Assembly (NCBI RefSeq): GCF_006345805.1
Contig: NC_043002.1
Span: 11,408,001-11,472,000 of the forward strand
Reading direction: 5' to 3'
Length of the DNA stretch: 64,000 nt
Source of the DNA: Octopus sinensis
Lineage: Eukaryota
Each line of letters opens with the position of its first letter. Within the stretch, counting starts at the first letter, position 1. This document shows, one piece after another, positions 36,691-49,604 of the stretch. Below the pieces are notes generated by a model. The model was not told where the DNA came from and made no database searches. It saw nothing but the letters and a program-made list of their open reading frames with translations. Both the position numbers and the translations under genes were made by a program.

Positions 36691-37087
36691 ATATATAATG
36701 AAATTACTTGACAAGGGAATAGGAGCTAGGGAATCGACTACACTAGCTTAGAGTTGTTTCCGATTTAAGATGAAGTGCACTAGGCCCCGAGTGCTTATGC
36801 TTCACCTTCGCTGATCTGTTCGTTGTAAGTGAATGTTTTCCCTAATAAATTTGTACTTATTTTAGAAGCGCTAGAGTAGCTATAAATTAATGCACAAGAA
36901 CCAACCTCTGAGTTCATTGCATCTCATAACGGAAACAGCTGTAAAGTAATGAAGTTGATGTCGTAATTCTTGTTTCCTTACCATTTACTTAACTTTATAT
37001 TACTGCTCTGTACTTGACTAATTCTTAAGTCTGAAACATATGTATATTAAACTCTAGCCCCTGGTTATAAGTATAGCTGTGCCTAAG

Positions 37088-37128
<41 letters not shown>

Positions 37129-37131
<3 letters not shown>

Positions 37132-37705
37132 GCAGGAGTGGCTGTGTGGTAAGTAGCTTGCTTACCAGCCACATGGTTCCGGGTTCAGTCCCATTGTGTA
37201 GGATCTTGGGCAAGTGTCTTCTACTGTGGCCTTGGGCCGACCAAAGCCTTGAGTGGATTTAGTAAACGGAAACTGAAAGTAGCCTGTCATGTATATCTGT
37301 GTGTATGTGTGTATGTTTGTGCATCTGTGTTTGTCATTCCACCATCGCTTGACAACCGATGCTGGTGTGTTTACATCCACGTAAAGTAGCGGTTCGGCAA
37401 AAGAGACCGATAGAATAAGTACTAGGCTTACGAAGAATAAGTCCTAGGGTCGATTTGCTTCAGCATGGCCGCAGTCAAATGACGGAAAATATATGTATGT
37501 ATGTGTGTGTGTGTTTGTGTTTGTCCAACCATCATCACTTGACAACCGATGCTGGTGTGTTTACGTCCCCATAACTTAGTTCGGCAAATCAGACCAAAAA
37601 GACTAGGCTTACAAAGAATAAGTCCTGGGATCGATTTGTTCGCCTGAAGGCGGTGCTCCAGCGTGGCCGCAGTCAAATGACTGAAACAAATAAGAGAATA
37701 AAAGA
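37129..37705 (+). mobile_element. SINE A plus a second A 3' half
   Basis: Consensus matches at 37129-37470 and ~37500-37705. Confidence 0.85.
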
Positions 37706-38362
37706 ATATGAGTAACAGTAGAGGTACAGTGTCAACCCATTACGGCCGTTTCAAGAGACTCCTTTAATTGATTAATGAAAACATTACATTATTGCAAAGA
37801 AACCGTTTTCGCCAGATGGATTCATGAACTTTCAAATAAAGGACAGTTAGAATGATTTAACATAGTTTAAAATCCACGAAGCAAAGCATTTGCAGTGATT
37901 CTTTTCTCCTTGGATTGGAATCTGCCCTTAGTAAATAATATGAAATACAGGCATACCTCGGCTTATGACGTTTCGATTTAAGTCGTCCTGGGTTATACGT
38001 CGGTTTTCAAAAATAGTATATGGAAAAATAAAAATCAAGTTAAGCCATTTTACTCGACTTTACGTCTGTCCGTCACAAATATCGGAATCATAAAATCACT
38101 AGAAAACCGTTAAAAGCACATAAAATCATGTTACTGTACAATAAATAAGAATAAAAGCATATGAAATCATATTAAAATGCGTACAGTAAATGTTAATATA
38201 CACACCATTAAGTAGTGTAGGTTAGTGAACGAAATCATGAAACCAGCTGTGTTGTCTCATTTATCGGTCTTTCGGAGCCCGTATTGCACTGTAGTTCCAA
38301 TATCTACCGTTAGGCGTCGTTATCACTTGTGCTTCTCATGATTGTTTTGAATTCAGATTTGT

Positions 38363-38718
38363 TTACGTCCATCCCCTCCTCACTGTGGTGGAGACGCTTG
38401 CAACAGGTAGTGTCAGAGCTATGCCGTCGGGAACTTCGGTTCCTGGTAGGCCCACCCAAAGCGGATTGGTCTGACACCGAGTGGTATTAGGGTCACAACC
38501 TGGTGAAAATCCTCGGAGTGTCTGTTTCGGCAACCGGCGTCTCCTCGGTCGTTCTGTCCCTGCGTCTGCGGACAATCTGCGGCAAACATGATGTCTCTAC
38601 ATGCGGGATTGTTGGGGACCGCTTGTGAAATCCACATATTCCCACGAAACTTCTTCCATGGTAGAAGAAGCCGACTCAACCCGCCCAGGGTGAATGTCGC
38701 CACAAGTAAGCAAGGAAG
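38363..38718 (+). mobile_element. Non-autonomous RTE-tailed element (copy 2)
   Basis: Homologous to 5096-5712 minus its SINE; ends gtcgccacaagtaagcaaggaag. Confidence 0.75.
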
Positions 38719-38911
38719 TTTATCGGCTACTTTCTCATTCATATGGGACTTTATTATTTGCCTCCATGGCTCCTAAGAAAATGCATTGTGAAAGTGCTAA
38801 GCGTCATGCTATAACGCTGGAAGATAAACTGGCTATGATAAAATGCCGTGAAAAAGTGGTAGCAATTACACAATATTTTGAGATGAGTCGGACAACTGTA
38901 TCGTCGATTGC

Positions 38912-39216
38912 ATAAGCTTATGATTGTGAGGTTGTGAGTTCGAATCCTGGACCGGGCTGCGTCTTGTGTTCTTGAGCAAGACACTTTATTTCACGTTGCT
39001 CCAGTTCACTCAGCTGTAGAAATGAGTTGCGACGTCACAGGTGCCAAGCTGTATCGGCCTTTGCCTTTCCCTTGGATAACATCAGTGGTGTGGAGAGGGG
39101 AGGCCGATATGCATGGGCGACTGCTGGTCTTCCATAAACATTCTTACCCGGATTTGTGTCTAGGAGGGTAACTTTCTAGGTGCAATTCCATGGTCAGTCA
39201 TGACCGAAAGGGATCT
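38912..39216 (+). mobile_element. SINE C, 5'-truncated
   Basis: Consensus match to 60955-61296. Confidence 0.85.
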
Positions 39217-39631
39217 TAGCATATACGATTATATCAAATCTGAAGCCCCAGGGATGAAGAACACTGTCATCAATAAGAAAAGAAGCAAAATCTTTGAAGA
39301 AATGGAAAGTCTTCCTTCTCTTTGCATTGTTAAGGTGAATCGTCAGCGTGCTTACTATAAGTCAAGAAACCATTCAAGAGAAAGCGTTGTCTTTATCTAA
39401 GGACATGAAGAAAAAATATCCAGATGAGAAAGATGTAGAGTTCAAGGCAAGTCAAGGATGGTTTATATATATATATGAAAACTCCACTAGAATGGACGAA
39501 AGCGCTATATATGATATATAAAAACATGTAATATACAAATAAATATCTGTAAATATAAATCCATCCGAATTTCCGAGTACCTCATTTCTTCTGATATAAA
39601 ATACTTGTACATCATCTCCAAACCTTCTAAT

Positions 39632-39808
<177 letters not shown>

Positions 39809-40641
39809 CACATATATGTGCGTGTGTGTGTGTTTATATATATGAAATTTAGTTAGGTGTTAAATAACTACTTAAAGGATATTAAGTATCCAAAGAATAG
39901 TTTACATACACTAGGTCGGAATCATATACACATAGAACGATATTACGTAAATATAAAACTTCGTACATAAGTACAGGCCAGATGATATCCTTGCAGTGTG
40001 TACGCTTACTTCGTTCATTCCTCGTTCTTTCGTTCCCCCTCTCTCATATTCCCCTGCCTTCTCTTCTTGCTCACTTTCCCTCCTCTTTTCACTTTACTGT
40101 GTCCCTGTCATTTTTTCTCGCCCCTCCTTATTTCTTCTGTCCCTCTGCCTCTACCTCTCTGTCTTCTCTCCCCACGTTACCGGTGTTCGGCCAAGGCTGA
40201 CCTTTCTTTCTTGGTTCGGCCGTCGTCCGTGCAACATCTATATTCCTCCCTGTGCCTGTGAAATCCCTGCCGTAAAGCTTTACTTACACACACGCCAGCT
40301 TAATCTAATTCGTCCATAGTCGAAAGACACCTGTTGTTACGTCCTGTTATTTGTATTGGTGTAACGTCCTCCGTTTTTCCCCCGTCCTTGGTTTCGTATA
40401 CATTCGCTGCTTTCTTCTAAGGAATCTAATGCTCTTGGCTTAGTTTTTCCTCGGGGACGGCTAGATTAGAGCAATCTCAAGTATAACCAGCCGAAATTGC
40501 AAAGATTATCTGGAACTCGACCGAGGAAAGAAAACTCCGAATGACTCGTGCTTGTTTTCTTTGTATCATCTATCTGGATGTTTTGTTGTCCCTTTATTGT
40601 TTCACCTAACTGTCTGGATGTTTTGCGTTCTTGTCCCATTT

Positions 40642-40703
<62 letters not shown>

Positions 40704-40705
<2 letters not shown>

Positions 40706-40865
40706 CGCAGGAGTGGCTGTGTGGTAAGTAGCTTGATAACCAACCACATGGTTCCGGGTTCAGTCCCACTGCGTGGCATCTTGGGCAAGTGTCTTCTGCT
40801 ATAGCCCCGGGCCGACCAATGCCTTGTGAGTGGATTTGGTAGACGGAAACTGAAAGAAGCCTGTC

Positions 40866-40911
<46 letters not shown>

Positions 40912-41094
40912 TATATATGTGTGTGTGTGTGTTGGTGTGTCTGTGTTTGTCTCCCTAGCATTGCTTGACAACCGATGCTGGTGTGTTTACGTCCCCGTCA
41001 CTTAGCGGTCCGGCAAAAGAGACCGATAGAATAAGTACTGGTCTTACAAAGAATAAGTCCTGGGGTCGATTTGCTCGACTAAAGGCGGTGCTCA
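40704..41094 (+). mobile_element. SINE A, 3' tail truncated
   Basis: Consensus match ending at ggcggtgctc. Confidence 0.9.
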
Positions 41095-41414
41095 AGTAAA
41101 AAAAAAAATACATGTGGAGCGAGAGGGAGAGCATGGTATCACACAAGCAGCTTGGGTGTATAGTAGTAACTGTTATAAATGTAGAATTTGTGTGTGCCCA
41201 ATACACAATAGACATTACATATCCTCACGTATACACACCAAAAGACGCCCACACATAAACACGTAAACACATACAACAGGAAAGCTAAACATTGTTTAAT
41301 ATGCAATGTTTAGTTTGACATTTATTGTCAATGAATTTTTTAACGTGCTCACTCGCGCGCACACAATTATGTGGAAGTATATACGACTGCACCTATCTAC
41401 TTGTCTATATTTAT

Positions 41415-41417
41415 TTA

Positions 41418-41471
<54 letters not shown>

Positions 41472-41480
41472 CCTATCTAC

Positions 41481-41511
<31 letters not shown>

Positions 41512-41627
41512 CCTACCTACCTACCTACCTACCTACCTACCTATCTACCTATCTACCTATCTATCTATCTATCTATCTATTTGTCTATCTCTCTATCTAT
41601 CTATCTATCTCTCTATCTCTCTATCTC

Positions 41628-41687
<60 letters not shown>
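41415..41687. repeat. (TCTA)n/(CCTA)n microsatellite
   Basis: Directly visible. Confidence 0.95.
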
Positions 41688-41700
41688 CACAAATATATAT

Positions 41701-41928
41701 ATTTCTTTATTGCCCACAAGGGGTTAAACATAGAGAGGACAAACAAGGACAGACAAACGGATTAAGTCGATTACATCGACCCCAGCGCGTAACTGGTACT
41801 TTATTTATCGACCCCGAAAGGATGAAAGGCAAAGTCGATCTCAGCGGAATTTGAACTCAATGTAACGGCAGACGAAATACCGCTCGGCATTTCGCCCGGC
41901 CTGCTAACGTTTCTGCCAGTTCGCCGCT
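41701..41928 (-). mobile_element. SINE B
   Basis: Full consensus match. Confidence 0.9.
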
Positions 41929-42449
41929 TTGGTATTATAGCGAAGGTATTATAGGCCGCCTTGGTAACATAGCAAAGGTATTATAGGCACAAGACTTGAA
42001 AATTCAGTTTCTGTAACCTGCTGCTCGTGAGAAAGTAATACATATAAAGAGGTTGCAAACAAGATATGTAAATTTTAATATAAAATGACAGCATCGATAG
42101 TAGAGAAACTGGAAAAGCTAGTATGCTCAATATACAATACAGGAATTGACCTGGATGCAACTCGGCTCCTTAGCGAGTAAGGAATGAAGGGTCGAATCCT
42201 TGCCTAAGAGGAGCTTCCTCTCTGAGGAACTGTTCTTCAGCTTTCCTCAGAATTTCTTACAACCAGGATAAATTATGTTACACAGAAATAGAAATTCTCG
42301 GAGTTCACTGATGGAATTGCTAAATTTTGAGTTTAATTGTTCATGTGCTGAGCTTAAATTGCTCACCGAACAAAAGCAGAGATGTTTTTCGGGATGTGAA
42401 ACCCCCCCCCCAAAAAAAAACGCCAAAGCAAATAAAATACAAGTGTATA

Positions 42450-42850
42450 GGCGCAGGAGTGGCTGTGTGGTAAGTAGCTTGCTAACCAGCCACATGGTTC
42501 CGGGTTCAGTCCTGGCATCTCGGGCAAGTGTCTTCTGCTATAGCCCCAGGCCGACCAATGCCTTGTGAGTGGATTTGGTAGACAGAAACGGAAAGAAGCC
42601 TGTCGTATATATGTATATATATATGTATGTATGTTTGTGTGTCTGTGTTTGTTCCCCTAGCATTGCTTGACAACCGATGTTAGTGTGTTTACGTCCCCGT
42701 CACTTAGCGGTTCGGCAAAAAGAGACCGATAGAATAAGTACTGGGATTACAAAAAGAATAAGTCCCGGGGTCGAGTTTGCTCGACTAAAGGCGGTGCTCC
42801 AGCATGGCCGCAGTCAAATGACTGAAACAACTAAAAGAGTAAAAGAGTAA
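42450..42850 (+). mobile_element. SINE A
   Basis: Consensus match with a small deletion after the B box. Confidence 0.9.
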
Positions 42851-43138
42851 GAGTACCTCACTGAAATATCTTTCTGACTTCCAAAGTATGCAAAATGGTT
42901 AACAGATATTTTAAGCAGAGCAGACAAGTGATTAGTAGTAACATTCCCGGATTTATAAACTGATAAATATCAGCAACAACAATTAGAAACATACTTCGTT
43001 CGATCTTAAAAGGCAATTGAGAAATATATTCATCTCCATCACTAAGGGATTTATGGGACATAGCAAATGGGAAGAGAAATATTTGTGCGCAGTATGTATG
43101 CGCGCGCGCGCGTGTATACGTGTATATATATATATATA

Positions 43139-43980
43139 TTGGGTCATCCCATAAATAATGCAATTTTTTTATACTTTCATTTTTCAAAATTATATTCTCT
43201 TTCGTTTTCTACCATGCTCTTTCATCTATCTGGTAGACTTGCAAGGCCCCCTCTTCCAAAATTCTCCATTAATGTTCTGATCTCGTCTACATAATTCATA
43301 TTTTTTCCGTCCAAATGATTTTGAAAACTGCGGAATAAATGATAATCAGATGAGGAAATGTCCGGCGAATATGGTGGGTGTGGGGGTATCATTTCCCATT
43401 CAAACTGTTCCAGCTTTTGGAATGTCATCCTCGCTGTATGTGGCCGAGCATTATCCTGATGGAAGAACACCTTTCGTCTTGAAACCAAAGATGGTCGTTT
43501 TTCTTCAAGCACCGACTTAAGCAGCTCAAGCTGCTCACAGCAGATCTTTGTTATCGTTTGGTTTGAGTTCAAAAGCTCAGTGTACTAAACCTTTTATATC
43601 TCACCAAACAGATAGCAACACCTTACGTGGGTGAAGACCTTCTTTAGCCTGGGGTGCCGGTGTTTCTCTTTCCCTACCCACTGTCTTCGGTGCTTGACAT
43701 TTTTATACAGAATCCATTTCTCGTCACCAGTTACTATTCTGTCGGAAAAATGTTCTTTCGTGAGATGTAACAGCAAAGAAGAGCACACATTCACTCTCTG
43801 CGCGCGATTAGACAGGGAAAGATTGTGAGGAACTCACTGACCCAATTTGCTGACTTTTTCGATGGCATGCAGGTGTCAATGAATGGCTGAGTCACCAAAT
43901 CCAAGTTTCACTGCCAGTTCCTCAGCAGCTACGATGGGAAATTGTTCCACCAGCTACTCCTCAGGTCGAAGATAACTTAG
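43139..43980 (-). mobile_element. Mariner (DD34D-type) transposase remnant with 3' TIR
   Basis: DRIVTGDEKWILYKN...VFFHQDNARPHTA...HPPYSPDISSSDYHLFRSFQNHL; TA-ttgggtcatcccataaataatgc terminus. Confidence 0.9.
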
Positions 43981-44089
43981 TTATATGAAAGTTACAAAGA
44001 ATAAGACCTGGGGTCAATTTCTCCGACTAAAGGCGGTGCTGCAGCATGGTCACAGTCAGATGACTGAATCAAATAAAAGAATAAATAAA

Positions 44090-44147
<58 letters not shown>

Positions 44148-44329
44148 TATATATATATGAGTGGCTGTGTGGTAAATAGCTTGCTTACCAACCGGGTTCA
44201 GTCCCACTGCGTGACACCCTGGGTAAGTGTCTTCAACTATAGCCTTGGGCCGTCCAAAGCCTTGTGAGTGGATTTGGTAGAGCGAAACTGAAAGAAGCCT
44301 GTTGTGTATATATATATGTCTTTGTGCAA

Positions 44330-44548
44330 CTGAAGATTGCTCTACATTTTAAATTGATGTAATGAAATGATTGCATTGTTCAATTAAATGGAGTTGCATG
44401 AAACAATCGTACTGCATTACCTCTGGATATTCTTGTTGCTTATTTTGATTTTTTGCTTTTAATCACCTTATTTTGAAATTCTATGGATAATACCCTACTA
44501 AATTCTGATGCCTCAACATAAGTACCATATTCATCTGAATCTAAATTT
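44330..44548. repeat. Foldback family P, single arm
   Basis: Matches the loop and right arm of 50517-50724 plus the outer segment. Confidence 0.7.
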
Positions 44549-44784
44549 TATATATATATGTATATATGTATAATGTTTGTGTGTCTGTGTTTCTTCCCCC
44601 ACCATCGCTTGAAAACCCATATTGGGGTGTTTACGCCCCGTAAATTAGTGGCTCGGCAAAAGAGGCCGCGAGAATAAGTACTAGGCTCATAAAGAATGTC
44701 CTGGGGTCGATCTGTACGACTAAAATGCGGTGTTCCAGCATGGCCGCGGCAAAACGACTGAAACAAATAAAACAATGTATATAT

Positions 44785-44829
<45 letters not shown>

Positions 44830-45164
44830 GTATGCGAAATGTCAGTACCCTCGGTACTGGCTTTAAATTCTATAGAAACATAGCAACGATTTGTAGGTGA
44901 GTTGGTATAGAACATTTCTCTCTCACACTCCTTCCTTCTCTCTCTCCCCCTTTCTCTGTCCTTACATTATCCCAAAGTTTCGTGGTCTGATTTTTCCTGT
45001 ATGCCCACAGAACCGAGCGATGTGGAAAATATATATACACCACACGCACACACGCACAGTGTGTGTGTATTGATGTCTGCATGAGGGTGACTACATATGT
45101 GAGTGGATGTGTGTGCATTTATGTTTGTGTATACGCGCATCAGTGCGTGTGTATTATATATTAT

Positions 45165-45345
45165 ATTTCTCTCTCCTTGTTTTTCTCTCCTTTTTTTCTC
45201 TCCTTGTTTTTTCTGAGTCCCTTTCTGTAGAAGAGCGTAGGCTCGAAACGTAAATGACTTTTTCTATTCCTGAGCGTTATGCTAATACATCTGTTTGTTT
45301 TCTACACCACCTGTCTTCGTCCTTTTTTTTCGTGAATTCTCTCCC

Positions 45346-45347
<2 letters not shown>
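45165..45347 (+). mobile_element. H2 copy 4
   Basis: Motif 45221-45255 reads CUUU-CUGUAGA-A-GAGC/GCUC-GAAAC-GUA-AAUG; ends at (TA)n. Confidence 0.75.
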
Positions 45348-45384
<37 letters not shown>

Positions 45385-45684
45385 ACGCGTGTATATATGC
45401 ATCATTGTATGTAACTATCAGTTTGTTTCTGTTTACCAGTCTCTGTATGTCATTGGTGTGTGTGTGTGTGTGTATGTGTGTGTATTTGCTTGCCTTGAGT
45501 GAGAACGTATTGGCTTCTTTATCACTTATGAACATTCGCCAGGTCACAGAATTGATAATTCATTAGCTTCTATTAGCAATTTAATTGTATCATTTCTATA
45601 GTATGGTGGTTCTCAACATGGGGTCCGTGGGCGCCTGGTGGTCCGCAAAGGTCGTGCTAGGGGGTCTGTGAACTAAATTTCAAA

Positions 45685-45955
45685 TTTCATACATATAGGG
45701 AGCACTGTCGGTTACGACGACCAGGATCCCAGCTGATAAGATCAACGGATAAGATCAGCTTGCTCGTGAAAGTAACGTGCAAATGAGTGAGAACTCCACA
45801 GATACGTGTACCCTTAACGTAGTTCTCGGTGAGATTCAGCGTGACACAGTGTGTCAAGCTTAGTGGACTGGAGCAACGGGATATATATAGTGTCTTTGTC
45901 AAGGACACAACGATAGTAAAAGGAATGCCCTAACCACTACGCTACGCACCTTCAC
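45685..45955 (-). mobile_element. Diverged SINE: CORE-like middle + tail type iii
   Basis: Tail homologous to 63700-63848; middle homologous to the C/F core. Confidence 0.65.
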
Positions 45956-45974
45956 TATATATATATATAGTAGC

Positions 45975-46388
45975 TTAGCTTGTTTACCAACCACATGGTT
46001 CCGGGTTCAGTCCCACTGCGTGGCACCTTGGGCAAGTGTCTTCTACTATAGCCTCGGGCTGACCAAAGCCTTGTGAGTGGATATGGTAGACGGAAACTGA
46101 AAGAAGCCCGTCGCATATATGTGTATATATATTTGCGTGTGTGTGTTTGTACCCCCAACATCGCTTGACAACCGATGGTGGTGTGTTTACGTAACCGTAA
46201 CTTAGCGGTTCGGCAAAAGAAACCGATAGAATAAGTGCTAGGCTTACAAAGAATAAGTCCCAGGGTCGATTGACTGTGGCCATGCTGGAGTACCGCCTTT
46301 TAGTCGAGCAAATCGACCCTAGGACTTATTCTTTGTAACCCTAGTACTTATTCTATCGGTTTCTTTTGCCGAACCGCTAAGTTACGGT
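45975..46388 (+). mobile_element. SINE A with an inverted 3' segment
   Basis: Plus-strand A runs to 46270, then reverse-complement A 3' sequence follows at 46271-46388. Confidence 0.8.
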
Positions 46389-46488
46389 TAAGGGGTCAGT
46401 GGAAACACTTACTTAAATAAAAGGGTTGGGACCTACTATTTAAGTACAATATCTTGCATGCGTATGTGTTAACGTACACACACACACA

Positions 46489-46528
<40 letters not shown>

Positions 46529-46689
46529 ATGAATACAAGTACATATATAAAACCGTGTGTAGCTTTAATTGAAACAGGACGTGGGGTCTGCGCATGTGTC
46601 ATTTGATGTCTCTTAGATATTCACAAAGATTAACTTGATATTGATAATATCCTTTTCTACTCTTTCACAAAGCCTGAAATTTTAAAGAA

Positions 46690-47650
46690 GGGGCCAGCCA
46701 AATGCAGTGCCAACTGGTACTTACTAACCCCGAAGAATGAAAGGCAAGGTCGTTCCCAGTGGTGTCTCTGGTTCAGTATTTTGTCCGGTGGCTGGCGATT
46801 CTGCCACTGGCCCCGTTACATTAATAATAATTGTTTCAAATTAAGACACAAGGCCAGCAATTTTGGAAGAGGGGTTAAGCCGATTGCATCAACCTCATTA
46901 CTCAACTGGTACTTAATTTATCGACCCCGAAAGGATGAAAGCCAAAGTTGACTTCGGCGGAATTTTGAACTCAGGAACTGAAGACGAACAAAATGCTGCT
47001 GAGCATTTCGCCCAGAGTGCTAATAATTCTACCAGCTCGCCGTCTTAATAATAATAATGATAATCCATTATAGGCACAAAGCCTGAAATTTGGGGGAGGT
47101 GGATATCAATTAGATCGACCCTAGTACACAACTGGTACTTAATTTATCGACACCGAAAGGATGAAAGGCAAAAGCGAACTCGGTGGAATTTGAACGTAGC
47201 GGCAGACAAAGTACCGCTAGCCATTTCGCCTGGCGTGCTAACGATTCTGCCAGCTTACCGCCTTAATAATAATAATCTTTTCTACTCTAGACACAAGGCT
47301 CGAAATTTTGGGGGAGGGGGCAAGTCGATTAAATCGATCCCAGTACACAACTGGTACTTAATTTATCGACCCCGAAAGGATGAAAGGCAAAGTAGACCTC
47401 GGCGAAATGTGAACTCAGAACATAAAGACAGACGAAATACTGCTAAGCATTTCGCCTGGCGAGCTAACGTTTCTGCCAACTCGCCGCCATAATAATACTA
47501 CTAATAACAATAATGGTTTCACATTTTGCCACAAGGGCAGAAATTTTGGTGGAGGGGATAAGTTGATTACATCGACCCCAGTACACAACTGGTACTTAAT
47601 TTATCGACCGCCCCGGAAGGATGAGGAGCAAAGTCAACTTTGACTCTCAT
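46690..47650 (-). mobile_element. Head-to-tail array of SINE B variants (alternative tail) separated by (AAT)n
   Basis: Four to five reverse-complement B cores in one orientation; spacers are ttaataataat-type tracts. Confidence 0.8.
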
Positions 47651-47914
47651 CAAATAATAATAATAATAACAATAATGATAATTCTAAAAATTACGCCGCA
47701 TTAAAATATAAACAACAACAAGAACAGTAACAATAAAAACAATAATAATGATAATAATGTCAATCGCAGTAATAATATTTTTTCTTTTAAAGGTGGAAAA
47801 TTTCACAAACTGAGTCTCTGCAACGAAACGTTTGTACGAATATTTGGGAGTCAACGGAAGTGGGTCTCACTGAAGCAAGGTAGAGTATATCTTTCTATAG
47901 CTGTTTATCCATGT

Positions 47915-48165
47915 ATATCTATCTATCTATCTGTCTGTCTGTCTGTCTGTCTGTCTCTGTCTCTTTCTCTCTGTCTCTGTGTCTCTGTATGTCTCTCTCT
48001 GTATCTGCCTGTCTGTCTGTCTCTCTCTCTGTCTGTCTTTCTCTCTGGGTGTCTGTCTGTCTGTCTGTCTGTCTCTGTCTGTCTGTCTGTCTCTCTCTAT
48101 CTATCTGTCTGTCTGTCTCTCTCTCTCTCTCTATCTCTCTCTGTCTGTCTCTCTCTGTGTCTGTC

Positions 48166-48204
<39 letters not shown>

Positions 48205-48275
48205 GTCTGTCTCTCTCTCTCTCTCTCGCTGTCTCTCTCTATCTCTCTCTCTCTCTCTCTCTCTGTATTCCTATC
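47915..48275. repeat. (TC)n/(TGTC)n compound microsatellite
   Basis: Directly visible. Confidence 0.95.
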
Positions 48276-48289
48276 TATCGGTCTGGTCA

Positions 48290-48620
48290 ATCATTTGACT
48301 GCGGCCATGCTAGAGCACCACCCTGGAGGGTTTTAGTCGAACAAATCGACCCCACGTATTTTTTTTAAAACCTAGTACTATTCTATCAGTCTCTTTTGCG
48401 TAACCGCTAAGTTACGGGTACATAAACACACCAATATCGGTTGTCAACCAGTGATGGGTGACAAACAGACACAAACACGCACATGAATAGACGACGAGCT
48501 TCTTTTAGTTTCCGTCAACCAAATCCACTTACAAGACTTTGGTCGGCTGAGGCTATAGTAGAAGACACTTGTCCAAGGTGCCATGCAGTGGGACTAAATC
48601 CAGAACCACGTGGTTCCACG
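48290..48620 (-). mobile_element. SINE A, older variant
   Basis: Diverged consensus match. Confidence 0.8.
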
Positions 48621-49604
48621 CAGCGACGCCTGTCCGAATTTATTGAGTAATTAGAGGCCACTCCTAATTCCTCTATAAATTTAGATTTAATGTTCAAAGT
48701 TTCACTTTTCCAACAAATAGATTGGGTTCATCGTCATCAGAGTATTATCTCCCCTGTTTATATATCCGTCTGAAGATGGTGGACTGTATGTTACAATGTA
48801 ATTTATGATTACATTATGAAATTCTACTGAAACAGCTATCGTAAATTTTAAACTGCATTTGTGGTCTTTTATGTGAGTGTGCGTGTATACACACACACAT
48901 ACACAATTTTTTGTTTCAGTCTTTAGAAAGTGGCCTTCCCGGGGCACCACCATGAAGGGTTGAGTAGTGGAACAAATTGATCCCAGTACTCATCTTAAGT
49001 AGAGAGAGAGAGAGAGAGAGGGAGAGAAAGTGCTAAGGAGCAAACGAGAGTAACAGTAAAACGTCTGATACCAAAATGGCAGCGCCAAAACGTCTCAGAC
49101 ATCACCAGTTTTTATAGTAGTATAGAGCGAGAGATATACAGTAACAGAAGAAGATAATCATGTTTATATGCCAATAGAATGTGGCAGTTCTATAAAGAAC
49201 GATTTTACTGTTGTTTTAGCCCCAGGAAAACTTCTTTCCAGCTGGCTGTCGACACAGTTCGTGTCCGTATAGCGTTTGCAAGGGAGGTCATCGCTCCCAC
49301 CTCTAGCCTTACGTGTTATACTCCCAGATCTATGTTTCTGGATGTTATCCGTCCTTAGTGTGAGACAAATTACAAGCTAATGACTAAAGATCTCTCCGCT
49401 TGCAAATACTATATATTTTTTTAAGCGACACACAGTCACTGATCTCATATAGAGAAAAACTTGTCTTAAATCTCTGAGCGAGAGATAGACAGAAACAGTA
49501 GCGGATAGTTATGTTTATATGCCAATAAAATGTGGCATTCCTATAAAGGACGATGTTTCTGATGCTAAAGAATATATAACTATATAAAAAAAAGCAAAAG
49601 AAAT

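Larger units (their letters stand above)
37948..39465 (+). mobile_element. Pogo/Tigger-like DNA transposon 5' part, two nested insertions
   Basis: TA-caggcatacctcg terminus (Tigger-type). MAPKKMHCESAKRHAITLEDKLAMIK...SRTTVSSI, then after SINE C ...IQEKALSL...EFKASQGWF (CENP-B-like HTH domains). Confidence 0.8.

Noticed and set aside
40505-40550. Possible hammerhead in H4 (CYGAGGA...GAAUGAC)
   Set aside because: Stem II cannot be placed after the core, GAAA is GAAU and the triplet is non-standard; kept only as an unclassified repeat.
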